From NCBI GenBank assembly GCA_963810935.1, contig CAWEPK010000010.1, positions 224,001-288,000 of the forward strand: 64,000 nucleotides of DNA, in the 5' to 3' direction. This document shows, one piece after another, positions 41,856 to 51,368 of the stretch (position 1 is the first letter of the stretch; each line of letters opens with the position of its first letter). The stretch is from an uncultured delta proteobacterium (GTDB taxonomy: Bacteria; Desulfobacterota; Syntrophorhabdia; Syntrophorhabdales; WCHB1-27). Below the pieces are notes generated by a model. It saw only the letters and a program-made list of their open reading frames with translations. It searched no databases and was not told the origin of the DNA. Both the position numbers and the translations under genes were made by a program.

Positions 41856-44325
41856 TCATTCTTTATTGTCCGGCGGGCCTACCCTCACTTTCACGATACG
41901 GTCCGGAAGCAGGTATCTCCCCGCCGTCTCATTGACTTCGTCAAGCGATACCTTCTCTATCCGCTGGGGCCAGACCTTAAAGAAACCGGGGGCCAGCCCG
42001 TACATCGTATCGAGGCACATGCTGGAGATAATGGCCCCGTTCGTCTGCATCTGTATGTAATGATTGCCGATCATATAGCGCTTGGCGTCGGCCACTTCTT
42101 GTTCGGTAAACCCCGCCGTGCGGATGCCGTCGATCTCTTCTTTCACGATGCGCTCTACGTCGGCGGCGTGAGACCCGTCGGTCCCTATGTAAATACCCAT
42201 TGCACCCACCTCGTAAGCTTCCTGGTTGAAAAAGGTAACGGCGTAGGCGAACGGGTTTTCCTCCCTGAGCTTCCTGTGGATCCTTCCCCCCATCCCTGAA
42301 AGCACTGCCCTCATCACTTCTACCGCGTACCTGTCCTCGTCGATCAGCCCCGGGCCGGGAAAACAGAAGATCAGATGGGTCTGGTAAATATTACGGATAA
42401 GCGACCTCTCCCTCGACGCATGGGGGACAAGCTCGACTTTCCGCAGTGCCCGGCCGCCGCCCGTCCAACCGGAAAAAAGGTCGCGGACGAGTTGTTCCGT
42501 CTCTTCTTTCCCGATGTCGCCCGAAAGGGCGAGCACCGCGCTTCCGGGGGCCAGGTAATTACGCCGCAGCGCCTCCAGGTCGTCCTGCGTCAGGGCCGTC
42601 ACGTCGCCTGCCGACCCTATCTGGTCCGATGCGTAGGGGTGGCCCTCGTAGAGCAATTTGTTCATCTCGGTGAAGGTATACTGCAACGGGTCGTCGTCCC
42701 TCCTGCGGATGTCGGAGAGCACCTCTTCCTTGATTCTCGCAAGCTCGTCCGGCCGGATGGCGTTCGATACGATCAGCTCCCTGACGAGGGAAAGGGCCTC
42801 TGCAAAGTCCTTCGTAAGGAACCGGCCGGACAGGCCGAAAACATTCCGTCCGCTGACCGGGCTTATGTCCCCCGCCATCAGATCGATTTTCTTCGCGATC
42901 TCCTGCGCGTCCATCTCCTCCGTCCCCCGCAGCAGCAGCCGGGACAATACGTTGAAGCTGCCGCTTTCGCCCCGCCTCTCTTCCTTGAGACCACCCACAA
43001 ACCCGATCATGAAAGAGAAACAGGCGCTTGCCGCGTTCCGGTTGTAGACGCACGTCATGCCGTTATCGAGGCGAAAGGTGAAGGGGTTCTGCTCCTTGCG
43101 CGGCAGCAGTGCAACGGTGACCCTGGCTTCCCGCCTGAGATAGACATCCAGGACCCGTATCAGGTCAGTAGCCGTGACCCGGTCAACGGCAGAAAGGTAC
43201 TTTTCGTCGTAAGCCGGGTCTCCCGTAAGCGTCTCGAAGGTGCCGAGCTCGGCGCGCCTTGCCCTGGACGGACTCTGCGCCGTACACATAGGACGCCCTG
43301 GCGATGTTCTTTGCTTTTTCGACCTCCCAGGCCCCTATCCCCTCCTCCCGCATGCGGATAAGCTCTCTCTCGAATGCCTCTACGATTTCTTCGTACCCGC
43401 GTCCCTTAAAGGTGGCGAGCAGCACAAAAATACCTCTCCGCACGGGTGTAAACACATACGAATCGGTGTCTGTGACGATCCCCTCCTTATGCTTCAGCGC
43501 AGACTGAAGGCGCGAGCTGTCCCCATCCGTAAGGATCTTCGAAAGCACATCGAGCGCAGGCGTGTCCTCGTCACTGAACGGGCCGATGGGGTAAGAAAGG
43601 GCAATGTAGCTCTCGGCCACGTCCTTCTCTATGATTTTCAGGCGGTCCTGCGCGCCCGGCGCCTCGGACGGCGGCTGTGCGCTTTTTTCGGGCGCCCCGG
43701 AAGGCGCGCCTTCAAGGATATCGAGCATAACGTCTTTATCGAAATCACCCACCACAACGACCGCCGTCCGGTCAGGCGTGTAGTGGCCCCCGAAATATGT
43801 GATTATGTCGTCCCTGCCGATGGAAGCGACCGACTGCGGGTACCCTATGATGGGCCGCCCATAAGGATGGCCGGGGTAGCTCGCCAGGAAAAGCTCGTTA
43901 AAGAGCTTGCGCTGGGGGTCGTCCTCTCCCATCTTTATCTCTTCCAGCACGACTTTCTTCTCTTTCTCAAGCTCTTTTTCGGGAAAGGCAGGGTGGAATA
44001 CGGAATCGACCAGGAGCCTTAACCCCCCTTCGAAGGCGTCGCTCGGGACCACGATGTGATAAACCGTGTTGTCGTGCGAGGTGAAGGCGTTGATGGCGCC
44101 CCCCATAGCCTCGATCTTCGGGGCAATCTCATATCCCGGCCCGCTGTCGGTCCACTTGAATATAAGGTGCTCTATGAAATGGCTGATGCCTGCAATCCGC
44201 TCGTTCTCGAAGGCGCTCCCCACCTGCACCCACACCTGGGCCGCGGCAACGCCCACGCCTTTTCTCTGGTCGATGATGCATCTCAGCCCGTTCTTCAACT
44301 GTATCGTTTCCATGCCTTTTCGCAC
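41856..44325 (-). CDS. M16 (pitrilysin-like) zinc peptidase (frameshift near 43254)
   Basis: HFIEHLIFK inverted zinc motif, NAFTS and HPYGRP; the second half is in ORF 41856..43289. Confidence 0.9.
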
Positions 44326-44387
44326 TCTCCAATAATAATATAATGATTTACGCGAAAGAGGAGGAGGCCTTACGCGACCGCTCGCTT

Positions 44388-45703
44388 TCAGGGCGCCGCA
44401 ATGGCGGCCAGGCGGGTTACTATGTCTTTCGTCCCCTCAAACCCTTCGATGAGGTTGGCCGTCGATATCCTCTCGTTCAACCCGTGCATCCCCATGTTAT
44501 CTTCTTTCGTTAAGGTGACCGGGAAAAAACCGTAAGCGGGGATGCCGAGGTTGCGGAAATGGCGCAGGTCCGTCGCACCCGTCGTCAATGAAGGCAGGAC
44601 GGGGATGTCGCCCTTCAGCGATCGCACGGCTTCCTCTATTGCCCGGAAATAGGGGGTGTCATAGGGCGAGGCGGCGGAATCGGTCCTGCCCGTAAGGAGG
44701 ACCTCGACATCTTTGCCTGCCAGCCTCTGCATTTTACTGATGAAGGCGTCATGAGAGGCATCGGGCAGTATGCGCGCATCGAACTGGGCAGTCGCTTCCG
44801 TGGGGATTACGTTCACCTTCTCGCCGCTTGCGAGCATAGTCGAAGTGACGGTATCGCGCAGGATCGAGTTCAAGTGGGGATCAGCCTCGATGTATGCCAG
44901 AAATTTCTTGTCGGAAAGGGCCTCTTTCACGCTTCCGCAACGAAAACCGCCGATCTTGCCTTCCTTAAGCATGCCGGCGAGGTACTTTCTCACAAGGCCG
45001 ATGGCCCGCAAAGGCTGCTTCCCGGCAATGATCCTTCCGGCAGCACGGATGATCTTATCGTTGGCGTTGTCGCCGTGCGGCATCGAGCCGTGGCCGCCGG
45101 TCCCTACGGCCTTAAGCATGAACTGGCAGACCTTTTTTTCGGCCACCGCCACCTGGGCATGCAGAAAACCCGCCTCGTCCGAGATATCGCCCCCTTCGCT
45201 CAATACGAAGGAGGCGCTCGTAAGCTCCCTGGCCTTTTTCAGCACGTATTCGACCCCGAGCTTACCCGAAGTCTCCTCGTCGCCGGTGGCAAGGAAAATC
45301 ATGTCGCGAGCGGGCGTTATGCCCTGTCTGTGCACTCCATGAAAGCAAGAAGCAGGCAGATGACCTGCGATTTCATGTCGATCGCGCCGCGGCCGTAAAT
45401 GAAGCCGTCTTTAATTACGCCTGAGAACGGCGGGACCACCCACCCCTCGTTATGGGCAGGCACCACGTCTATATGGCCAAGCAGCACGACGGGCCTGCCC
45501 GGTCTTCTCCCTTTCAGGCGCGCCAGAAGGTTCGCCCGCCTCGGCTCTGGGGAGTAAATCTGCGAAGCCATGCCTTCCTTCTTCAGCATTGCCTCGATGA
45601 ACCGGACGGCCCCTTCTTCGTTCCCCGGAGGGTTCGACGTGTCGATCTTTATGAAATCGGACAGGGCCTTGACTACAGGATGGCTCGCATCAGCGCTCTT
45701 CAT
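44388..45703 (-). CDS. M20/M25/M40 metallo-hydrolase (frameshift near 45335)
   Basis: GHIDVV, GRGAIDMK, GDEE, GGHGS and MHGLNE motifs. Confidence 0.9.
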
Positions 45704-47105
45704 AACGCACAATATTTTTTCCTTCACTTTTTGCCCGATATAGAAGCTCGTCAGCAGCGCCTATGAGCTTCTCTGCGTCTCCTTCTTCGTGGCAGCCCGC
45801 GACGCCGCCGCTGACTGACGCCTGGATCTCTTTCTCCTCATAGGAAAAGGCCTGCGCCGCAAGCTTTTGCCTCAGGCGGTCCGCTATGATCGCTGTGTCC
45901 CGCACATCAGTCTCCGGCAGTATTACGAGGAATTCCTCTCCGCCGTATCGGCCCACGCTGTCGATCCCTCGCACCCCGCCCCTTAAGGTATGCGCCACCC
46001 CGACCAATACGGCGTCACCCGCAAGGTGGCCGTAGAGATCGTTGATCTCTTTGAAATTATCGATGTCGAACATGATAATGGAGAGGTGAGAGCCGTAACG
46101 GCGGGACCGCTGAACTTCTTCCTCGAGCTTCGAGACAATTGCGAGGTGATTGTAAAGCCCGGTCAGGCCGTCGCATACGGAAAGAGATTTGATCTCTTCG
46201 AAGAGATTGATCTTCTCCAGTGCAGTCGTTATGTGCGAACAAAACCTCTTGAAAACCGATTCCTCTTCGTAGCTAAAGGGCTTGCCACGATATACACCCG
46301 CGTAGCCGCACGTCCTGCTGCTCGTCACGAGGGGGACTATCACGGATTTCAGGTCATCGGACGACGACCGGCTGTCCGCCTTCCCGCTGATGACGACCTT
46401 CACCTTCTGCTCCCGCTCCTGCTCCGCGAGACGCGTCATCTTCTTTATAAGCGTGCCTGTTATGACGTCTCCTATGTCCTGACCGAGGCTGACGTTCGGG
46501 TACACATATATCTCGAACTGGCCCTGCCTCGGCACGAGGGCGGCGAAGGCCTCGAAGGAGAGGTAATTCTTTATGAGGGAAAAGGCATGCTTGAAAATCG
46601 AGGCGGGTTCTTCCGTTTCGCCTATCATATGCTGCAAGCCTTTAACCAGCTCGAGCTCCAGCAGGTTGAGCTTGTCCGCCTCCCGCCTGCTTTCCATCTC
46701 CGAGATGGCCGCGGCGGACTTGCGCCTGCCCGCGTACTCCTTTATCGCATTCGTGACGATGAGATAGACTTCTTCTTTGCTGGCAATCGGTTTTTCGATG
46801 CACGTACAAGCCCCGGCTTGCAGCGACAAAAGCCTTTCCGCTCCTCCCGCGGTGATTGCGATCACGGGCAGGCCCGGCTCGGCCTGCCGGATACTCTTGA
46901 GCATGTCGTCGGGAACACCGCTTTCCGATGGGGCGATATCGAGGAGAAGCGCTTCGGGTCTTGCCGGCGCTATATGGTCCTTTGGGTAACCGGCGTGGGA
47001 AAGGACCTCGCCTTCGAGATCGCCGTATCCGATGAGAAATGCATCGAACCATTCTCGAAGCGCGGGATCGCCGGTAACGATGAGAAGCCTTTTCCGTTTC
47101 TCCAT
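45690..47105 (-). CDS. Diguanylate cyclase with N-terminal receiver-like and GAF-like regions
   Basis: DGLTGLYN, DIDNFKEIND.YGH and RYGGEEF motifs. Confidence 0.9.
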   Translation of the reverse strand: MEKRKRLLIVTGDPALREWFDAFLIGYGDLEGEVLSHAGYPKDHIAPARPEALLLDIAPSESGVPDDMLKSIRQAEPGLPVIAITAGGAERLLSLQAGACTCIEKPIASKEEVYLIVTNAIKEYAGRRKSAAAISEMESRREADKLNLLELELVKGLQHMIGETEEPASIFKHAFSLIKNYLSFEAFAALVPRQGQFEIYVYPNVSLGQDIGDVITGTLIKKMTRLAEQEREQKVKVVISGKADSRSSSDDLKSVIVPLVTSSRTCGYAGVYRGKPFSYEEESVFKRFCSHITTALEKINLFEEIKSLSVCDGLTGLYNHLAIVSKLEEEVQRSRRYGSHLSIIMFDIDNFKEINDLYGHLAGDAVLVGVAHTLRGGVRGIDSVGRYGGEEFLVILPETDVRDTAIIADRLRQKLAAQAFSYEEKEIQASVSGGVAGCHEEGDAEKLIGAADELLYRAKSEGKNIVRYEER

Positions 47106-47137
47106 AAAAAAGAAGGGGGGAACGAGTCCCCCCCTTT
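47106..47137 (-). terminator. Rho-independent terminator after the microprotein gene
   Basis: AAGGGGGGA-CTCGT-TCCCCCCTT followed by CTTTTTT. Confidence 0.7.
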
Positions 47138-47141
47138 GATG

Positions 47142-47228
47142 TTACTTCTTACCCTTCTTATCCTTCTTTGGCGCCGCTTTCTTCGGTGCCGCCTTCTTTG
47201 CTCCGCAACCTTTCACTCCGCAAGTCAT
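47142..47228 (-). CDS. 28-aa Cys/Lys-rich microprotein MTCGVKGCGAKKAAPKKAAPKKDKKGKK
   Basis: Hand-translated; G-rich RBS (AAAGGGGGTGAG), own sigma70-like promoter and terminator. Confidence 0.7.
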   Translation of the reverse strand: MTCGVKGCGAKKAAPKKAAPKKDKKGKK

Positions 47229-47252
47229 ATCTCTCACCCCCTTTCAAAAACC

Positions 47253-47281
47253 ATATTATGTAAAATGGTCTTTGTTGTCAA
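47253..47281 (-). promoter_or_regulatory. Sigma70 promoter for the microprotein
   Basis: TTGACA-N17-TAATAT. Confidence 0.6.
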
Positions 47282-47305
47282 CAACAATGTTAGCGTTTGT
47301 CTGTG

Positions 47306-47527
47306 CTATGCCGAGACAACTTCCTTCACTTCCGGCACCTGCTTTTTCAGCTCGCTCTCGACACCCATCTTGAGCGTCATCATGCTCATGGGGCAACTAC
47401 CGCAAGCGCCCGTCAGCTTCACCTTTACAACGCCGTCCGTCGTAACGTCGACCAGTTGTATGTCTCCCCCATCCCGCTGCAGCATGGGTCTGATCTTCTC
47501 TATAACCTCTGCGACTTTTTCTTTCAT
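47306..47527 (-). CDS. NifU/Nfu-family Fe-S carrier domain protein
   Basis: IRPMLQRDGGDI...L.GACGSCPMS.MTLK. Confidence 0.93.
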   Translation of the reverse strand: MKEKVAEVIEKIRPMLQRDGGDIQLVDVTTDGVVKVKLTGACGSCPMSMMTLKMGVESELKKQVPEVKEVVSA

Positions 47528-47692
47528 CGTTTCCTCCGACTTTTTTGTTTTCTCCCTCGCGGGTTACCTTAGTATAACCCTCCGCAAGGCACCTGTAAAG
47601 AAAAGCAGCGGCATTATTAGGAGAAATCCACCAGGAAACGGTTCACTAATTCAGCATAGCCGGCGCAAGCGAGGCAGGTGTGCCGAGGGCCC

Positions 47693-48775
47693 TTACGCGC
47701 GGCGCTCGAAGCCGGGCAGGGAAGACGATATATTCCTGGAAAACGCGAGCACGGAGATCATGGCGCCCAGGCCTTCAGGGTTGATAAGCCATTTCGCGGC
47801 CACCCTGTCGGCCGCAGGTATCTCTCCGAGCGCCTCTATCGCTCCGGCCTTACAGAGGAAGCGGTATTGCTCGATCTCCCCTTCCCTGCGCCAGCCTTCT
47901 TCTTCGAGCATGGCCGAAAGGTGGTCAAAGTTCACGTGGTGGGTGATATCCATGGAGCCAAGGCCCGCGAACAGGTCTTCCCGTATCTCCCTGTGCTTGT
48001 AGCCGAGCGCGCTCCCGCCGAAGAACCTGCCTGCGGCAATTTCGGCCCCGTGGTACCCGTAGTCGAAAACGAGAAGGCAACCCTCGGCGACGATCTTTGA
48101 GACGGCGCGGACTATCGGGAGCATGGCGCCCGTCGCCTCCGACACCTGGCCCTCCTGCACATAAACTGGGTAGCGGCGAAGGAACTCGGCGAGCTTCGCG
48201 CCGGGCCGACCGGGCTGCTCGAAGAAGCCGTCCTGCCACCCTACGTAGACCTCCTCTATATCTCCATGCCTGTTGATTACCTTATGGAAGGGCAAAGCGT
48301 CGAAGAACTCGTTCGCGATAACAAAGGTCGGGCCTTCCATGCGGGGCGCTTTGTCAAGGCTTTCGACCCATTGTACCTTGCCGCGTCTTTCTTTCTTCCC
48401 TTTCTCCAGTATGACGTAGCGTTCCAGGGAAAGGCGGGTGAAGGCCGAGGCGATGTCTGCCGCGAGCCTGCCGGAGGCGCCGCCGAGCTCCAGCACATTT
48501 ACCGACGATTTGCCGAGGCGCGCGCAGACGTCTTCGATATAGCGGCCGATAACGCGTCCGAAAACGGCGTGGATTTCGGGAGAGGTAATATAATCGACGC
48601 CCTCCTGCTTACCCGCCCTGTAGTAGCCGTGCTGCTCGTCGTAAAGGACGGCCTCGACGAAGCTTTCATAAGTGATCGGGCCAACGCGTGCGATCCGCGC
48701 CCGCAAGGCGCCTTCAAGGCCACCGGCGCGCGCCACGTCCCCTGCCGTCTTTACGCCTTTTTTTTCAGCGGTCAT
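47693..48775 (-). CDS. MidA/NDUFAF7-family SAM-dependent methyltransferase
   Basis: GYY, DYITSPE, ELGGASG, ANEFFDALP, DYG and DITHHVNF motifs. Confidence 0.88.
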   Translation of the reverse strand: MTAEKKGVKTAGDVARAGGLEGALRARIARVGPITYESFVEAVLYDEQHGYYRAGKQEGVDYITSPEIHAVFGRVIGRYIEDVCARLGKSSVNVLELGGASGRLAADIASAFTRLSLERYVILEKGKKERRGKVQWVESLDKAPRMEGPTFVIANEFFDALPFHKVINRHGDIEEVYVGWQDGFFEQPGRPGAKLAEFLRRYPVYVQEGQVSEATGAMLPIVRAVSKIVAEGCLLVFDYGYHGAEIAAGRFFGGSALGYKHREIREDLFAGLGSMDITHHVNFDHLSAMLEEEGWRREGEIEQYRFLCKAGAIEALGEIPAADRVAAKWLINPEGLGAMISVLAFSRNISSSLPGFERRA

Positions 48776-48791
48776 TTTTTCGACATGGGCC

Positions 48792-49583
48792 TTACTTGCC
48801 CGCGTTGAGACCGACCCGGAACAGGTAGCCCTGGAAGGCAAAAACCACTCCGTCCGGGACGATCTCGTTAACGCGCAGTCCCGGCGAAAGCTCCTGGCCC
48901 TCCTGAAGAATTTTTTCGTTGATCCTCGCCACCCGCGTTTGCGGGTCTGCGCTGTAAGCGTGACCCGATATCCTGAACTCGGGCAAAGCGCCCCTGATGG
49001 CGGACGGCAGCTCTCCGATCTCGATCATCCGGCCTGCGGTCTTCCTGTTCCTTTCCCTCGGGGCTTCCTGTCGCGCAGGCGGCTTCTCGCCCTGGACGGC
49101 AGACGCCCGGGGCAGGCGCGATATTTCAAGCGACCGTCTCGATGCCGCCGCTTCACCCGATCCTGCGCCTTCCGTCCTGGCATCTTTACCAACGGGCACG
49201 GCTGCCTGAGCTGCGGCTGCGGCCGGTGGAACCACCGCCCGATCCGGCAAAGGGGCGCCGCCCGTCGCAGGCGCGCCTACAGCAACCGATGCCTGGCTTG
49301 AGCCACCTTCGGCAAGGACCGTGCCCGGGACAGGTTGTGGGCTTTCCTTCGCCGGACCTGCGCCCTGCTGCATCGCGCTATTCCCTTTTTCCACCTCGCG
49401 GCCGCTTATCCACCACATAATTGCGACAGCATTCAACAGGAGCACGGCAGAGAGGATATAAGGCCACGAGAGCCGCCTTTTGGGCGCACTCTCCCGGCCC
49501 AGGGAAAACACCGCGAGCCTCGGCGCTTCCTCGCGCTCTCTCTTCTGCTCCAGTTTCTTCAGGGCTTCGAGAATATAGGACAT
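48792..49583 (-). CDS. gspB: General secretion pathway protein B (ExeB/GspB)
   Basis: MSYILEALKK start, one TM segment, C-terminal ISGHAYS...INEKILQEG. Confidence 0.85.
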   Translation of the reverse strand: MSYILEALKKLEQKREREEAPRLAVFSLGRESAPKRRLSWPYILSAVLLLNAVAIMWWISGREVEKGNSAMQQGAGPAKESPQPVPGTVLAEGGSSQASVAVGAPATGGAPLPDRAVVPPAAAAAQAAVPVGKDARTEGAGSGEAAASRRSLEISRLPRASAVQGEKPPARQEAPRERNRKTAGRMIEIGELPSAIRGALPEFRISGHAYSADPQTRVARINEKILQEGQELSPGLRVNEIVPDGVVFAFQGYLFRVGLNAGK

Positions 49584-49584
49584 G

Positions 49585-51243
49585 CTACCTGACCACCTTC
49601 TCCGCAAGGACCGGACCCCGGTTGGCGGCGCCTGCCCCGCTAAGCCGCATGATCGTGCGCGGCCCTGCGACCCCGTCCGGCACTATATCCGATGCAATCT
49701 GAAATGTCCTTACCTGCCTCTGCAGGGTCTCGTCGAATACGCTTTCCTTCCCGGCAGCCGGCTGCCGGCCGGCCGCGACGGCGAGCTGCCTTTCGAGCCA
49801 GGCCACCTGGCTCCCGCGCGCGCCCCGTTTCAGCTCGCCTGCGTAACCAGGCGGCGTGCGCCATAAGAGAAGGTAGCTGCCCGACCAGCGCCCGGCTATC
49901 CGGCCGGTGTCTACACGCCTCGTCTCGCCCCCTATCACGACGGTAGCAGTCTCGCCTTTCAGCGCGGTCAGCGTCCCGTAGTATTCGACGTTCTTATCGT
50001 CGATGAGGCTCAGAAAGGCAGGCCGGTTGATCTCCACCAGGGTACTGATGCTGCCCCTGCCCCAGAGACACGCCAGCCCTTGCGACCGTGCCTGTTCGCA
50101 GGGCCGCCGCTTGTCCCTCTCATCGTAGCGGATGCCCCATGCATTAAAAAGCGCCGTATATGCGGCCGCCCGTGTGGCCGTCGGACTCCGGCCTTCCGGT
50201 CTTTCCAATCCGGCCGGCGAGAGGGCAGCGGCTTCTTCTTTCGCCGTGTCCGCTCCTTCCGGTCCCTTAGCGGCTTTTTCCGCCTGCGTCACACCTTCCG
50301 CCGCCCGATGGCCTGCCTGGGCGGCATTGACGGGTTTTCCGCCCGGGACTGCGTAGAGATAATAGAAGCCGGCCGCGACGCCGAGCAGGACTAAAAGAGC
50401 ACCCGCCGCAACAGGGACCAGGGCCCGTCTGCGCGTTCCCGTTGCCTCCCTCGCGGCCTTCCGCAACGTCCATACGTCAACACGCTCCTTGCCGTCGGCG
50501 AATGCACCTAGCATCGCCCTGTCGCATATGACATTGATGAGCCGGGGGACGCCCTTGGTAAGCCGGTGTATCATCCGTACAGCCGCCGGCGTGAAGGGGC
50601 GCAACCTGACGACGCCGGCCGCGGACAACCGATAGTCGATATAGTCGGGGATTTCCCTGCGTGAGAGGGGGCCCAGATGATAGCGGGCCGTGATGCGCTG
50701 CGATAACTGGCGAAGCTGAGGCGCTGCAAGCATCTCGCGAAGCTCGGGCTGCCCGATCATTATCATTTGAAGGAGCTTCTGTTGCCGCGTTTCCAGGTTG
50801 GTAAGCAGACGTATCTGCTCAAGTACCTCGATCGACAGGTTCTGCGCCTCTTCGACGATCAGGACGGCCCTCCGTCCCTTGTCATGGACACTCAGCAGGT
50901 AATCGTTTATCCGGTCGACGAGCGCCTTTACGCTCGTTGTGCCTTCCGGGTAGGCAATCCCGAACTCGTCACAGACGGCAGCCAGCAACTCGTTAGCCGT
51001 TAATTTCGGGTTGAGTATGAACGCAACTTCCGTGCCTTCGGGGATTAATTCGAGGAAACGGCGGCAGACGGTGGTCTTGCCCGTCCCCACTTCGCCCGTC
51101 AGGAGGACGAAGCCGCCTTCTCCCGTCGTGCTGAAAAGGAGGTGGGCAAGAGCCTCCTTATGGCCCTCGCTCATGTAGAAGCATGACGGGTCGGGAACGA
51201 TTGAAAACGGTTTCTTCGTAAGACCGAAATATTCTTCGTACAT
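49585..51243 (-). CDS. gspA: ExeA/GspA AAA ATPase with peptidoglycan-binding domain
   Basis: MYEEYFGL..KPFSIVPDP, GEVGTGKTT, IGQPEL and FQ......DGVAGPRT motifs. Confidence 0.9.
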   Translation of the reverse strand: MYEEYFGLTKKPFSIVPDPSCFYMSEGHKEALAHLLFSTTGEGGFVLLTGEVGTGKTTVCRRFLELIPEGTEVAFILNPKLTANELLAAVCDEFGIAYPEGTTSVKALVDRINDYLLSVHDKGRRAVLIVEEAQNLSIEVLEQIRLLTNLETRQQKLLQMIMIGQPELREMLAAPQLRQLSQRITARYHLGPLSRREIPDYIDYRLSAAGVVRLRPFTPAAVRMIHRLTKGVPRLINVICDRAMLGAFADGKERVDVWTLRKAAREATGTRRRALVPVAAGALLVLLGVAAGFYYLYAVPGGKPVNAAQAGHRAAEGVTQAEKAAKGPEGADTAKEEAAALSPAGLERPEGRSPTATRAAAYTALFNAWGIRYDERDKRRPCEQARSQGLACLWGRGSISTLVEINRPAFLSLIDDKNVEYYGTLTALKGETATVVIGGETRRVDTGRIAGRWSGSYLLLWRTPPGYAGELKRGARGSQVAWLERQLAVAAGRQPAAGKESVFDETLQRQVRTFQIASDIVPDGVAGPRTIMRLSGAGAANRGPVLAEKVVR

Positions 51244-51368
51244 GGCCGTCTGAGAGTGGGATATGCCTTCTTATCCGGCCCCTCTCCTCTTTGCTTTAGT
51301 CGGTTGTTTCCTTTTATGAATGATACCGTCTTTCGTCGCCAAAGATCAACTGAATTACGGGAAGAGGC

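Noticed and set aside
47239..47266. dif-like site (TTATGTAAAAT)
   Set aside because: There is no XerC arm; the sequence is better explained as the microprotein promoter.
45990..48002. 670-aa plus-strand ORF and other long antisense ORFs (e.g. 22398..23765, 10210..11403)
   Set aside because: These are shadow frames of well-supported opposite-strand genes in GC-rich DNA and show no recognisable motifs.
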